64,000 bases of DNA from an uncultured virus (IMG/VR IMGVR_UViG_3300032087_003293) (IMGVR_UViG_3300032087_003293), one strand, 5' to 3'; positions 48,727-59,210 are shown, numbered from the stretch's first letter. Made by a program: numbers and translations. Notes: a model not told the origin generated them from the letters alone.

Positions 48727-49322
48727 GGAATATAATTTGAGTTGATCAAGACTCTAGAGTTATGTCTAGATGGTGAGTATCCAGTGTGGATGTAACTCCC
48801 ATCAAATAATAGCAAACGATTGGGTTTTGGGTCTATGGTTTCTTTGATTGTTAATGAATCTTGACCTTGCTTTTCATTAAAAAGAACTGTAGGTCCATCA
48901 CTATCGTTGATGTAATATACTGCAGAATAATGAGGTGTGTCATTATAATCTATATGAGGTCCGTGCATTCTAGTATCTGGATTATACACTGTCATGTCTA
49001 ATCGTACACGCATAATTTCAGATGCTTTTAAATAATCCTTTACTTGAAAAGCAAATGGCATAAAAAGATTACCCACTTGACTTCTAACTTCAGAATTAAA
49101 ATATATTACATGACTAAATCCAAAACTGTTGTTAATTGGATTTTCATTAATATATACACCTTCAATCTCACTGCTTTCGTATGTTACATTATCCTGGAAG
49201 TACCAAGGAAATCCAGGATCAGTTACTGATGCTCTCAAACTCTCATAATAAGATTGAGTAAGAAAGTCATCAATAACTTCTACGAAATCAGTCCTCATAA
49301 GATGAATCAGGTTCAAGGGCAA
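48723..49322 (-). CDS. Putative 2OG-Fe(II) oxygenase
   Basis: PHID...AVYYINDSDGPT...PKPNRLLLFDGSYIHTG...RVLIN. Confidence 0.8.
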   Translation of the reverse strand: MPLNLIHLMRTDFVEVIDDFLTQSYYESLRASVTDPGFPWYFQDNVTYESSEIEGVYINENPINNSFGFSHVIYFNSEVRSQVGNLFMPFAFQVKDYLKASEIMRVRLDMTVYNPDTRMHGPHIDYNDTPHYSAVYYINDSDGPTVLFNEKQGQDSLTIKETIDPKPNRLLLFDGSYIHTGYSPSRHNSRVLINSNYIP

Positions 49323-49962
49323 TCCAATAAGTTAGGTTCTTATCAGAATTTACAAACTTAGATAAAAGTTTCTTGGAGATAGAAACTTGATAACTACCAG
49401 GAAGAATCTTGATATTCTCTACCTTAAAGTTGAAACTAAACTTGTGCTCTGTTTCACCAACAATGATTGAGAAGTCATTAGAAGTATCATTCTTACGATC
49501 AGATACTACCAGTTTGACAACACCATTCTCACCAACAACAGATAGATCTGGAAGTTGATAAACAGCAGCTGCCTTGAGAAGTTTGTCCAGTTGCTGAGTA
49601 TTGAGATCAAAAGCAATCTCTTCAGAAGTCAGAACAATATCCTTCTCAGGAGGACTGATGATCACATTAGGATCAGCAAAGAAATACTTAGAACGCATCT
49701 TGCCTTCACGGATAACCATGTAGGAATCGTTCTCAATATCAAGTTCAGGACTCTGGTGCAGACTTAGACCATTAAGAAACTGGTTGAGATCATAGATACC
49801 AAAGTCTTTAGGAAACTCTTCAGTCACCTCAACTTCAGCAAGAATATTCTTCATCACACTGATGGTGCGAAGCTTCTTACCCTCTTTGAATAGAAGGGAC
49901 TGGTTAATGTTAGAAAAGTTTTTGAGAATATTAACAGTTGAATCAGAAAGTTTCATAATCAC
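49288..49962 (-). CDS. gp45: Sliding clamp (T4 gp45)
   Basis: MKLS..TVNILKNFSNIN, FGIYDLNQFL, YWIALE. Confidence 0.96.
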   Translation of the reverse strand: MIMKLSDSTVNILKNFSNINQSLLFKEGKKLRTISVMKNILAEVEVTEEFPKDFGIYDLNQFLNGLSLHQSPELDIENDSYMVIREGKMRSKYFFADPNVIISPPEKDIVLTSEEIAFDLNTQQLDKLLKAAAVYQLPDLSVVGENGVVKLVVSDRKNDTSNDFSIIVGETEHKFSFNFKVENIKILPGSYQVSISKKLLSKFVNSDKNLTYWIALEPDSSYED

Positions 49963-50509
49963 CTTTGGGTTGCTTGTGTAGACCAGAGAAATGGTAGAGA
50001 AGGACGCAATAATGAATTGCTTTCAGGATGTCTTGTTTAGACTTACCACCCTTCTTTCCAAAACGAGAAAGATATTTGATAGCATTAGAACGGCAGAAAG
50101 GTTCTGCGTCACCAATACTTTCAATCAGATCAAGTGTCTGAGTCTTACTCTCTTTGGAAGTGTAATGTGCATTGTAAGTTGAAGAAAGGTAATCACGAAC
50201 CTCCTTCATAGTTAGATCTTCCTCATACTTCCAAAAACCATTGGTTGCAAGTTGATCAAGATTTAAGTCAATTCGGTCTTCACTCATAGTAGATTTGGGA
50301 ATGTTAAGGTTTATGCTTCCAGGATATTCGTCAATATAAGTTGATTGATCGGTTTGTGGTAGATCATTTACTTTTGGCCAAACGAATCCGTCAGCAGTTA
50401 GTTCATAGTCAGGGTGATTACCTTCATAGACTTTCTTCCAATCAATGTAATCACGTTCATCTTCAGGTCCGTACATTTCTTCGTAAAGCAAACTCCAAGA
50501 ATTAGTCAT
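49943..50509 (-). CDS. DUF3310-like protein
   Basis: TYNAHY...FCRSNAIKYLSRFGKK...DILKAIHY. Confidence 0.65.
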   Translation of the reverse strand: MTNSWSLLYEEMYGPEDERDYIDWKKVYEGNHPDYELTADGFVWPKVNDLPQTDQSTYIDEYPGSINLNIPKSTMSEDRIDLNLDQLATNGFWKYEEDLTMKEVRDYLSSTYNAHYTSKESKTQTLDLIESIGDAEPFCRSNAIKYLSRFGKKGGKSKQDILKAIHYCVLLYHFSGLHKQPKGDYETF

Positions 50510-50529
50510 AATAAACCTCTGTTATTATA

Positions 50530-51642
50530 TCAGGATTGTGCTGGTTGGTCAATAGGCATTTTTTCTCCAGTAGCAGTAAGATCAAAGTCAGCATCAATCT
50601 TGTCATAAAGTTCTAGGAAAGACTGCTTAGTCTCTTCGTCAAAACGGTTTACACAAACTTGAATTGCCTTTTCCTTGTTACCGAAGATGCTGTAAGCACG
50701 GATGATATGAACTAGACGACGAGTAGAGATGACTTCATCAACCCCACCATCATAAAATGTCTTACGAATGATGTCTGCCCAGTCAACTAGACGAGTACAG
50801 AAGTTCTTATCAAGACATCCTAGAGAGTCTGCAACATTAACTACAATCTTCATTTCGTTTGCAGTAGTTGGATATGCCTGCTCAAAGGTCACTGGGAAAC
50901 GTTCTAGGAATGCTTCATTCAGTACATTAGTGCCAATGAAACGACCATCATCAGAACCCTTACCTTTTGTATTAGCAGTAGCAATAACATTGAATCCATC
51001 GGCAGGTTTAATGAACTTACCAATCTTCTTCAGGAAGACACCCTTGCCCTCAAGCACAGACTGCAAACATAGGATTTTGTTAGATGCCAGATCGATCTCG
51101 TCAAGGAGAAGCACTGCTCCACGTTCTAGTGCCTCAATAACTGGGCCGTTATGCCATACAGTTGCACCATCAACTAGACGGAAACCACCAATAAGATCGT
51201 CTTCATCAGTTTCGATAGTAATGTTTACACGGATGAGTTCTCGTCCAAGTTGGGCACATGCTTGCTCAACAGAGAACGTCTTACCGTTGCCAGAAAGACC
51301 TGTAATGAATGTAGGATAGAACAGACGGGACTTAATAATTTTTTTAACGTCACTGAAATTACCAAACTGGACGAAGGTATCATCTTTTTCTGGAATAAGG
51401 TTTTGTTCTACAGCAGGCATTGCAGGAGGTGCCTGATAAGTGCGTTCGATTTCTTCCACCTTTTGTTGTGTTACTTCAAGGTTCCACTTTCCACGACCAA
51501 TCTTACGATCAGATAGTTTATTGGTGACAGTCTGATAGTTAGCACCATTCATTGCACACCAAGCACGAATATCAGATGCAGTGACATTATTGCCATAGAG
51601 TGCTTGAAGTGAGGTGACAACGTACTCAGGAGACATGGACAT
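50530..51642 (-). CDS. cobS: MoxR/CobS-like AAA+ ATPase
   Basis: GLSGNGKT, DDLIGG, LLLDEID, ATANTKG, NEAFLERF, STRRL. Confidence 0.92.
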   Translation of the reverse strand: MSMSPEYVVTSLQALYGNNVTASDIRAWCAMNGANYQTVTNKLSDRKIGRGKWNLEVTQQKVEEIERTYQAPPAMPAVEQNLIPEKDDTFVQFGNFSDVKKIIKSRLFYPTFITGLSGNGKTFSVEQACAQLGRELIRVNITIETDEDDLIGGFRLVDGATVWHNGPVIEALERGAVLLLDEIDLASNKILCLQSVLEGKGVFLKKIGKFIKPADGFNVIATANTKGKGSDDGRFIGTNVLNEAFLERFPVTFEQAYPTTANEMKIVVNVADSLGCLDKNFCTRLVDWADIIRKTFYDGGVDEVISTRRLVHIIRAYSIFGNKEKAIQVCVNRFDEETKQSFLELYDKIDADFDLTATGEKMPIDQPAQS

Positions 51643-51664
51643 GTGTTTCGTTTGAACTGAAGTT

Positions 51665-51722
51665 ATTATAGATCAGGATCCATGTCATCCATGACATTTG
51701 AGGACACTTCATGAAGTGGCAC
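51665..51722 (-). promoter_or_regulatory. Phage-specific promoter: palindromic box 31 nt upstream of -10
   Basis: GTGCCACTT-CATG-AAGTGTCC, 31 nt, TATAAT. Confidence 0.6.
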
Positions 51723-51848
51723 ACCCTTATGCTTTTTTCTGCAGGCATCCCTTGCCCATGCTCTTGGAAGACTTGTTATTTCTGAACATGGTTGATCATC
51801 TTTGCCACAATATGGACAAATTTTATAATCATCAATCATCCTCCTCAT
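51666..51848 (-). CDS. Small Cys-rich hypothetical protein
   Basis: CPYC...C...C; on the coding strand. Confidence 0.45.
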   Translation of the reverse strand: MRRMIDDYKICPYCGKDDQPCSEITSLPRAWARDACRKKHKGVPLHEVSSNVMDDMDPDL

Positions 51849-52497
51849 ACCCCTTTAACCAACAACTAGTATCGTTAAAATATGCTAAATGTCCATCTGT
51901 ATGTTTTCCTTCCATAAATTGATGAACAACATCAATCATTCCAGCACCATTTTGCCCAGTATCATGAACTCCTGCCATACCTCCAATTTTAAGTTTTGGA
52001 TACCATGTCTCAAGCTCCTCTTTTAATTGTGCTTGAGATAGATGTGCATCAAACCATATGAAATCAAAATACTCATCTTCAAACTTATCTGCGGTTTCAA
52101 TAGTATCTCCATAGATAATTCTGAGTTTATTTCTTAAATCTTCAGGAAGATTCATAAACATTCGTTGTGCAGAAAGTTTGATGAACTTTGCATCATATTC
52201 AGTGATACTAACATATGGAGGAACTTCATCCACATAAGGTAAGTAACTATCAATAGTATAAAGTTCTTCAATACTTGGAGAGTTATCTAATAGTGTACAT
52301 GCACTTGCACCCCAACTTGTTCCAAGTTCAACCCCACGTTTAAATCCCATAAGATTAATTACTTGGATTACACTTTGACAAGCAGCAAATTTTTTATCAA
52401 TCCAATTAATATCTTTCTTTCCCCATGCAACAATGTCACCCAACATTATTTTGCCAATGGTTAATTTTTTATAATCAAACTTTTCCATAGTACTCAC
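51832..52497 (-). CDS. Class I SAM-dependent methyltransferase (Methyltransf_24-like)
   Basis: GVELGTSWGAS, YTIDSY, FDFIWFDAH, WYPKLKIGGMAGVHD. Confidence 0.85.
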   Translation of the reverse strand: MSTMEKFDYKKLTIGKIMLGDIVAWGKKDINWIDKKFAACQSVIQVINLMGFKRGVELGTSWGASACTLLDNSPSIEELYTIDSYLPYVDEVPPYVSITEYDAKFIKLSAQRMFMNLPEDLRNKLRIIYGDTIETADKFEDEYFDFIWFDAHLSQAQLKEELETWYPKLKIGGMAGVHDTGQNGAGMIDVVHQFMEGKHTDGHLAYFNDTSCWLKGYEEDD

Positions 52498-54641
52498 ACA
52501 ATAAACTCCACAAACTCATTCAAGATTTTTTTATTCATTTTTTTAGACTTCAGACTTTTAATAAAAGCACTCTTAATCTTTGCTTTTGACGCATCCTCAT
52601 CAACTTCAAATTCAGTATCATTCGATAGATCAGAGCTAGACATCCCAAAATAACGTTGATACCCACAATCCTTAAGAACGATACAACGTTCTTTCTTCCA
52701 AATTGATTTCAAAGATTCTACTTGATCCCAAGATTCAGTATGAAGACGAATGAAAGATCCAGAGTCACGTCCTTCAAGAACACGAATGCCAATAAAGTTT
52801 GTGGTTGGAAACTTATCTTTCAATTGCTGAAGAAGACAATTTGAAAAAGAAACATAAGCACAATCATTATGATGATAGTTCAAAATATTATAAGTTGTGC
52901 CAAGTTTACGATCACGAATATAGCAGTTACGATGCATTCGTGCAGTACCAATATATTCATTCCCTTTTTGATAATCAACAAGGATATGACGATTTAGTGG
53001 TCCTGCCTCACCATCAGTAAGAACAATGCATTGGACTTTCTGAACTTTAGTCCGACTTTGAAAGTCTGGAATAATCTGATTCAGTGCTACAAATGCCTCA
53101 TTCAAAGGAGTACCAGAAAGAGACAAACGAGGTGGAAGTGCATAGTCAACATATTTAGTAAATCCAAATGCAACTCGGAAAATGTTTAGAAGTTGCTTTT
53201 CAAGATTCTTATTAGAAACTTTACTAGAAAGAATATTCATCATGTTGAAATGATCCGCAACATGCAACATATTCTCCTTCTTTTCATAGTGAGGTTCTGG
53301 AGTGTATGGATGACCATTATCATCATAGATTCGACAATTCCACTCATTACTGAATGCATAAACCTCAAAAGGAATTGAAACCTTATTGCAGAACCAAATG
53401 ATATTGTAAAGTTGCTTAATGGTGTCAAGCATCACATTGCCCATGGATCCTGACCAATCTAGAACAAAGATAAGTCCATGATTCTTACCATCAGAAAGAG
53501 TAGTTACTTTCTTGAATAGATCTTCATTATACTTATAAGTATGAAGTTTAGAGCAATCAAGAACACCAGTACGAGCAGTGGTAGCACGGGCATATGAATC
53601 AGCTGCTTTCTTACACTCAAACTCTTTCACCAAGTAGTTGACTTCTTTCTGAGCAGACTTTTTGAATTTACGATACTCAGTATCAACCCATTCAAAATAA
53701 CGAGATTCACTTTCAGAAGTAAAAGGTTTCCAAAAGTCTTCACAATAATCATGAATATCTTCGTTAGATGCAATCACAGTATTCATATTAAGTTTAGGAA
53801 TCTCAAGATAAGTAGTTTCAGAATACTTACTATACTCCTCGTCACTAATAAGTTCACTGATAGATTCTTCAAGAGCATCCATCGTCTTGACATCTATATT
53901 TTGAGTCATCTGGCCACTACCAGGAGACTGATTATCATCAGGAATTTCATACGATTCACCGTTCTCAGAAGATTGATCGGAAGTCTCACTATCAAGAGAA
54001 GCATCACTAGAATCAGTCTTTACCTCAGAATCTGAATTTCCACTATCAGATCCAGCAGATACCTGCTGAGAATGATCATCAATATTTGCAACTTTTGATT
54101 CTTGCTGGTTCTTACAGAATTGATAGAGAGCATCAGCAGCAACCAGAGCATCCGCAAATGTCTCAGTTTCACCAATCATCTTGACAATCTCCATCTCTTT
54201 CTCAGAGAAATCAATATCAATAAAATTGCCAATTTTGTAGTACAGATTAACCTTATCAGCAAGGTTCATAGAATTTACATCTTCGTTCTCAAGACAAAAG
54301 AAGTCTTCGTCAGCAAGTTCTTCATATCCACGATAAAACGTTTTAGAGAGTCCAGCGTATTTACGTTTCATAAGTTTCTCAATGCGTACATCTTCTACAA
54401 CATTGACAAACTGTTTAGGAGTATCCCAATCCCACTCATCAGGAGTGAAAAGAGCATGACCAACTTCATGAGCAACTAGCATGTCAAACACACACTCGGT
54501 TGCTTTTTTCCACATAGGAAGAGTTAGAACCCGAGTATGAACATTGAACATCGCAGTCTCAACAAACCGATGCTCCACCACCAGATCCTCAGTGGCAAGG
54601 AGTTTGGCAAGTTGACCTTTGACTTCAAAGTTGATGGACAT
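52494..54641 (-). CDS. Metallopeptidase-like + vWA domain protein (CobT-like partner of the AAA+ ATPase)
   Basis: HEVGH, NVVEDVRIE, acidic linker, MIDAS LDWSGSM, GTPL, LTDGE. Confidence 0.85.
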   Translation of the reverse strand: MSINFEVKGQLAKLLATEDLVVEHRFVETAMFNVHTRVLTLPMWKKATECVFDMLVAHEVGHALFTPDEWDWDTPKQFVNVVEDVRIEKLMKRKYAGLSKTFYRGYEELADEDFFCLENEDVNSMNLADKVNLYYKIGNFIDIDFSEKEMEIVKMIGETETFADALVAADALYQFCKNQQESKVANIDDHSQQVSAGSDSGNSDSEVKTDSSDASLDSETSDQSSENGESYEIPDDNQSPGSGQMTQNIDVKTMDALEESISELISDEEYSKYSETTYLEIPKLNMNTVIASNEDIHDYCEDFWKPFTSESESRYFEWVDTEYRKFKKSAQKEVNYLVKEFECKKAADSYARATTARTGVLDCSKLHTYKYNEDLFKKVTTLSDGKNHGLIFVLDWSGSMGNVMLDTIKQLYNIIWFCNKVSIPFEVYAFSNEWNCRIYDDNGHPYTPEPHYEKKENMLHVADHFNMMNILSSKVSNKNLEKQLLNIFRVAFGFTKYVDYALPPRLSLSGTPLNEAFVALNQIIPDFQSRTKVQKVQCIVLTDGEAGPLNRHILVDYQKGNEYIGTARMHRNCYIRDRKLGTTYNILNYHHNDCAYVSFSNCLLQQLKDKFPTTNFIGIRVLEGRDSGSFIRLHTESWDQVESLKSIWKKERCIVLKDCGYQRYFGMSSSDLSNDTEFEVDEDASKAKIKSAFIKSLKSKKMNKKILNEFVEFIV

Positions 54642-54810
54642 AGGAGTTCTCTCGGATGAACCCATAATACGACGAAACCCCTGGTTTCCCAGAGGTCATG
54701 TGCCGCTTCTTAAACTGTCTGAGGGATTCTTTCCTTGCCCTCAGTGCCTGCGGTTTCAATTTTCGTTTCTGATCTTTTTTGGAATGGTGTTGCCAATTTG
54801 GGACGTTCAT
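54625..54810 (-). CDS. Small basic hypothetical protein
   Basis: MNVPNWQHHSKKDQKRKLKPQALR; ATGA overlap. Confidence 0.6.
   Translation of the reverse strand: MNVPNWQHHSKKDQKRKLKPQALRARKESLRQFKKRHMTSGKPGVSSYYGFIRENSYVHQL
54664..54719 (-). promoter_or_regulatory. Second copy of the palindromic-box promoter
   Basis: GACAGTT-TAAG-AAGCGGCA, 31 nt, TATTAT. Confidence 0.55.
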
Positions 54811-55670
54811 CGTCTTAGTGCTTCTCTGTAGATTGTAGGATAAAAATACTGATAGAACCAAGAATAATCACTAAGCATCTTTAATTGCGATTTCCTTTTA
54901 ATTAAGGGAAACTTATAAGTTTCTTTTTTTGGACTTAATTTGGGTTGAATAGTATGATTTCCCCAAGGAGCATATGATGCATCATGAAAATGACCTTGAG
55001 TTATATTATCCAAATCATTATCAAAAGATTTTACACCTACAAATTTATATATCTCTTCCAATATTTTTCTAGGATTTTCCATGAAATCTTCATAAGTTAC
55101 AAACTTAAAATTATGGAGATAATCACGTTCACAATCCAATGCTTCTTTCAATGCAAATAATGGAGTATAAATCATATCTTGTTTCAAATATGAATTAATT
55201 CTCTTATCCATCAAATCTTCGTTATGATACTCATCTCTATCTCCAAAATCATATAAAACTTCTGTTGATGGTGACATAACTCTATCAACCGTTTCTAACT
55301 TTTCTAGAGAAGAAACAATGCCTCTTAAATCTCTAACAAGAAAAATAACTTTAGTGTTTGGAACAAGATTAAAAAGAAGGTCAAAATCTACTGCCCATGA
55401 TCTATCTTTGTCTAGATAAATTTCAGTATTAGAAAGTTTAGATATCCACCCAACAATTCCAGATCTCATGAAGGTGTAATACAATTCCTTCATTTCTTTC
55501 ATTGTATGCTGAGTTTCTGAATATGTCTTTTCAGAGTGTTGGGAAATATTAGTAAGTATATCAGCAAGGCAAGAGTCCATCTCAGCAGTAATATCTGGAT
55601 GCTGATTTAAAACATTGCCCAAAAGAGTAGAACCACTTCTAGGAAGACCACATAAGGTTACGAGTTTCAT
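54807..55670 (-). CDS. Sulfotransferase family protein
   Basis: GLPRSGSTLL 5'-PSB motif, DKDRSW, FLVRDLRGIVSS, VTYEDF. Confidence 0.87.
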   Translation of the reverse strand: MKLVTLCGLPRSGSTLLGNVLNQHPDITAEMDSCLADILTNISQHSEKTYSETQHTMKEMKELYYTFMRSGIVGWISKLSNTEIYLDKDRSWAVDFDLLFNLVPNTKVIFLVRDLRGIVSSLEKLETVDRVMSPSTEVLYDFGDRDEYHNEDLMDKRINSYLKQDMIYTPLFALKEALDCERDYLHNFKFVTYEDFMENPRKILEEIYKFVGVKSFDNDLDNITQGHFHDASYAPWGNHTIQPKLSPKKETYKFPLIKRKSQLKMLSDYSWFYQYFYPTIYREALRR

Positions 55671-57382
55671 GATTCTACAATCTGTGAGAAATTTTTACGT
55701 TTTTCAAATTTAATGACTTTATCAAATTTATCATGCAAATCTGTTTTGTGAGAGATCACAAATATATTTGCGTCTTTAACAACGAATCGAATAATTTTTA
55801 AAAAGTCATCAGTTCCAAATCCGTCAAGAGATGAGTCAAAAATCTCATCCATAATCAAAAGATTAGTGCTTGTAGAGTTCTTAATCTTAGCAACTTCTCT
55901 CCAAGTGAACAAAAGTGCTAGGTCAATACGTTGCTTCTCACCTTCAGAAAATGATGAGTAGGAGAAATCTTCATGAATAGGTGACTGGATACTTTCATTA
56001 AATTCATCATCAAGATGGAAGTTAATGTAGAAATCCATCATCTGAAGATACTTACCAATCTGCTGATTAATCAATGGTAAATAGTTTTCAATAATTTTTG
56101 ACTTAACTCCACCATCTTTCAATAGATTGTGTAGAAAATCATAGTTTGTAATTTCAGATTTACTCTCGGTTAAGCTATCAAATACATCTTCTAACTTTTG
56201 TTTGTATTCTGATAGTTTTTCTTTTTCTTCACTCTTGTTGTTAGACTGTTCATTGATAGTTGTAATATCAAAATTTAGTCCTGTAATTTGAGCTTGAAGA
56301 GAGGATACTTTTGCATTATTAGTGTTGATCCTACTCTGAGATTCCATGATTGACTTTGAGATGTTATCAAACACAGACTCCCTGAATTCTTCATCTTTAA
56401 TTGTACTAATCAAATCTTTGAATCCATTTTCAAGTTCAGAGATTTTGGAAGATGTTTGACTAATTCTTTGATGACGGAATGTTTCTTCAATTGTTTGTTC
56501 ACACGTTGGGCAAGTGTGATTCTCAGAAAAGAAATCTTTCTCTTTCTTAAAAGTATTAATTTTCTGAGAAATCTTACCTTTCAGATTTCCAAGTTTGCGA
56601 ATTTTTGACTTTGCATCTTCCACAGACTTTAATTCTTCCTGATATCGTTTGATATCTTTCTCATGCAGTTTATTGTCTTGCTGAAAACAATCAACATCAA
56701 TGGACAATTCACTAATCTTATTCTGCAATTTTAGAATTGTATCTTTACCACGACTCTCAAGTTCTTGAATAAACTCTTCTTGCATCTTTACTTTATCAGC
56801 AAAAGAATCTTTCTTTAGAGAAAGAACTTTTACATCTTCTTTCTGCTGACGAATCTTATCCTTAATGATATTATTCATTGTGGAGAAGATCTTAATATCA
56901 AGAATATCTTCAATCACTTCTCTTCGTCCTGCTGCAGGCAATTGCATAAATGGGACGAAATTGCTGCTGCCAAGAATTACAATCTGAGTAAAAGACTTGT
57001 AATTCATCTTAAGGATGCTTTGCTCCAAATACTTCTGCTGATCATTAGCAGATGCTGCTTGATTTAGAGGTTCACCATCTCTGTAAATTTCAAATATATT
57101 CGGTTTAATTCCTCTACGAACTTTCCATTCAATTGTGCCGATCTTAAAATCAATCTCTACAACACAATCTTTCTCATTGGTAGTATTGATAAGTTGTGGT
57201 TTATTAATCTTACGAAAAGACTTGCCAAACAAAACAAATGTAAGTGCATCAAGAATTGTAGATTTGCCTGCACCATTCGATCCGATGATCAGAGTGTTTT
57301 GTGTATCATCTAGTTGTACTTCAGTAAACTGGTTGCCAGTTGAAAGAAAGTTTTTCCATTTAATCTTCTCAAAATAGATCAT
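55667..57382 (-). CDS. gp46: Recombination endonuclease ATPase subunit (T4 gp46, Rad50-like)
   Basis: GSNGAGKS, CPTC hook, FSEGEK, MDEIFD, ISH. Confidence 0.96.
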   Translation of the reverse strand: MIYFEKIKWKNFLSTGNQFTEVQLDDTQNTLIIGSNGAGKSTILDALTFVLFGKSFRKINKPQLINTTNEKDCVVEIDFKIGTIEWKVRRGIKPNIFEIYRDGEPLNQAASANDQQKYLEQSILKMNYKSFTQIVILGSSNFVPFMQLPAAGRREVIEDILDIKIFSTMNNIIKDKIRQQKEDVKVLSLKKDSFADKVKMQEEFIQELESRGKDTILKLQNKISELSIDVDCFQQDNKLHEKDIKRYQEELKSVEDAKSKIRKLGNLKGKISQKINTFKKEKDFFSENHTCPTCEQTIEETFRHQRISQTSSKISELENGFKDLISTIKDEEFRESVFDNISKSIMESQSRINTNNAKVSSLQAQITGLNFDITTINEQSNNKSEEKEKLSEYKQKLEDVFDSLTESKSEITNYDFLHNLLKDGGVKSKIIENYLPLINQQIGKYLQMMDFYINFHLDDEFNESIQSPIHEDFSYSSFSEGEKQRIDLALLFTWREVAKIKNSTSTNLLIMDEIFDSSLDGFGTDDFLKIIRFVVKDANIFVISHKTDLHDKFDKVIKFEKRKNFSQIVES

Positions 57383-57638
57383 GCTCGTCTGGCGGGATAA
57401 CCAATTCATCTCCACCTATTATAGCATACAAGTACCCGTGTTGGGAACATGCTTCAAACAATAGGTCTTCTTCAACTTCTACGGATCTCATCTTTGGAGA
57501 ACCACCTTCCTCCAGCATCATAACGAATCGTTCGGCATCATCTTCATTCTCCCAGATGTAAAGAACGTTTTCACCATTCTCATCTGCTACTGAATATGCT
57601 CCTCTATCTTCCTCACCGTCAATTACGATTATGTACAT
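57369..57638 (-). CDS. Hypothetical protein (DUF3110-like)
   Basis: GAYSV...WENEDDAERFVMMLE...LVIPP. Confidence 0.7.
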   Translation of the reverse strand: MYIIVIDGEEDRGAYSVADENGENVLYIWENEDDAERFVMMLEEGGSPKMRSVEVEEDLLFEACSQHGYLYAIIGGDELVIPPDEHDLF

Positions 57639-57639
57639 A

Positions 57640-58689
57640 CTAGATCATCTCACATGCTTCCTGATAGATCTCCTCAACGATTTTAGATAACTTACTCTTA
57701 TCCAGATCAATTTCGGATTCTTTGATGTATCTATTTAACAAACTTAAAGTATTCTCAGATTCTACTTCCTTAATCTCATCTTTTGAGTACCAACCATTAA
57801 AATCGTATGTTTCGACAATCTTTACATCAGCAATATTTGCAGAATATAGTTTGTCAATAAACTTTTCAAATCCTTTCTTATCAGATTTTTTTCTGACAAT
57901 CAGTTTGACAATCTTATCCTGATACTTAGAGAAGTCAAAAGTCTTGTAATCAGTATCTTCGTAAACAATGTTATAAAAAATTCTATAAGGATTATCTACA
58001 TGATAATGCTCTAGAGTTTCTGTATCAAAGATAGTAAATCCACGTGGATCATTATAATCATTCCAGTAGATTTCATAACAATTTCCAGTATAGTAAATAT
58101 TATCTTGGAAATTTCTAGTATGATAATGTCCAGAGAATACTTTTTCAAATTTGGAATATCGTTTCTTATCGTCACCATGCTCCATGATGCACTGAAGATT
58201 AGCAGCAAATCCAGAAAGTTCTAGGTGGCCCATAGCAACTTTAGATTTGCTAGACTTAATTTTTTTAAATGTCTTTTCCTGGTTTTCAGAGTTAATCCAA
58301 GGAATAAACAATACGGGAATATCACCAACCTTTACATCTTCTGCTTCAGAGTAAATTTTCACATTTTCATACTCACGAAGCAAAAGATCTACTGCATTAA
58401 TCTCATTAGTGTTCTTATAATATGCAGTATGATTACCAACAATAGTATGAACTACGCAACCCATATCACTGAGTTTATCGTAGTAATTATCCTTTGCCCA
58501 CTTTAGAGCACTAAAGTTTACACCAGTTCTGTTGTCAAAGGTATAACCCATATCAACAATCGTGGTGATTCCCTCCTCTTTCAGAGTCGGGAAAAATACT
58601 TCATTATAAAACTTTAGGAAGTAGTCATGAAAGAGTTTTGAGTTCTTCCGTGCTCCAAAGTGTTGGTCAGTGATAAGAGCAATTTTCAT
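57640..58689 (-). CDS. gp47: Recombination endonuclease nuclease subunit (T4 gp47, Mre11-like)
   Basis: TDQHFG, VGNH, MGHLEL, SGHYH; motif II reads GYTFD instead of GDxFD. Confidence 0.94.
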   Translation of the reverse strand: MKIALITDQHFGARKNSKLFHDYFLKFYNEVFFPTLKEEGITTIVDMGYTFDNRTGVNFSALKWAKDNYYDKLSDMGCVVHTIVGNHTAYYKNTNEINAVDLLLREYENVKIYSEAEDVKVGDIPVLFIPWINSENQEKTFKKIKSSKSKVAMGHLELSGFAANLQCIMEHGDDKKRYSKFEKVFSGHYHTRNFQDNIYYTGNCYEIYWNDYNDPRGFTIFDTETLEHYHVDNPYRIFYNIVYEDTDYKTFDFSKYQDKIVKLIVRKKSDKKGFEKFIDKLYSANIADVKIVETYDFNGWYSKDEIKEVESENTLSLLNRYIKESEIDLDKSKLSKIVEEIYQEACEMI

Positions 58690-59180
58690 ACGTTGTTGGA
58701 ACCCATTCCTCTGAGTTTGGAGTAGACGGCATCTTTGATGCTATTGTAGTCCGCATAGTTGGAGTTGTCAACCGTATTGTCATTGACAAACACCTGGTCG
58801 TACCCTGTCTTTTCAAGGATTTTATTTTTAATATCTAATTGCTTCTTTTCTTTTTGAATACGTCTCAGAAATGCATAGTGAATAATCTGAGTAAAGTATG
58901 CGAAAGGATTAGTAGATTTCTCTGGATTAAAGTTATGAATATATTGAATACAATTTTCAATGCCATCAGAAATCATATCATCTTTAAAGATATAATTTAC
59001 AAAGTTTGGTTTATACGAAAGATGAGTTGCAATCTTTAGAAAACATTCCCCAAGATAATTCGTAATACGGGGTTTAGGAAGACCTTGCTCTTCTGCTGCA
59101 GCAATTGCCTTCTTGTATTCAATGATCGCATCTAAGAAATCTCTATTATTGACGTAATGTTCTGACTTTTTCCTTGGCAT
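58686..59180 (-). CDS. gp55: Late-transcription sigma factor (T4 gp55)
   Basis: HYVNN, IATHLS, DMISDGIENC, NPFAYFTQI..AFLRRI. Confidence 0.96.
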   Translation of the reverse strand: MPRKKSEHYVNNRDFLDAIIEYKKAIAAAEEQGLPKPRITNYLGECFLKIATHLSYKPNFVNYIFKDDMISDGIENCIQYIHNFNPEKSTNPFAYFTQIIHYAFLRRIQKEKKQLDIKNKILEKTGYDQVFVNDNTVDNSNYADYNSIKDAVYSKLRGMGSNNV

Positions 59181-59210
59181 TCATTCTTACCAGTAACTCA
59201 TTATGTGTTA

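Noticed and set aside
50530..54641. Cobalamin biosynthesis role for cobS
   Set aside because: No cobN or other cob genes in the window; the motifs only support a generic MoxR-vWA pair
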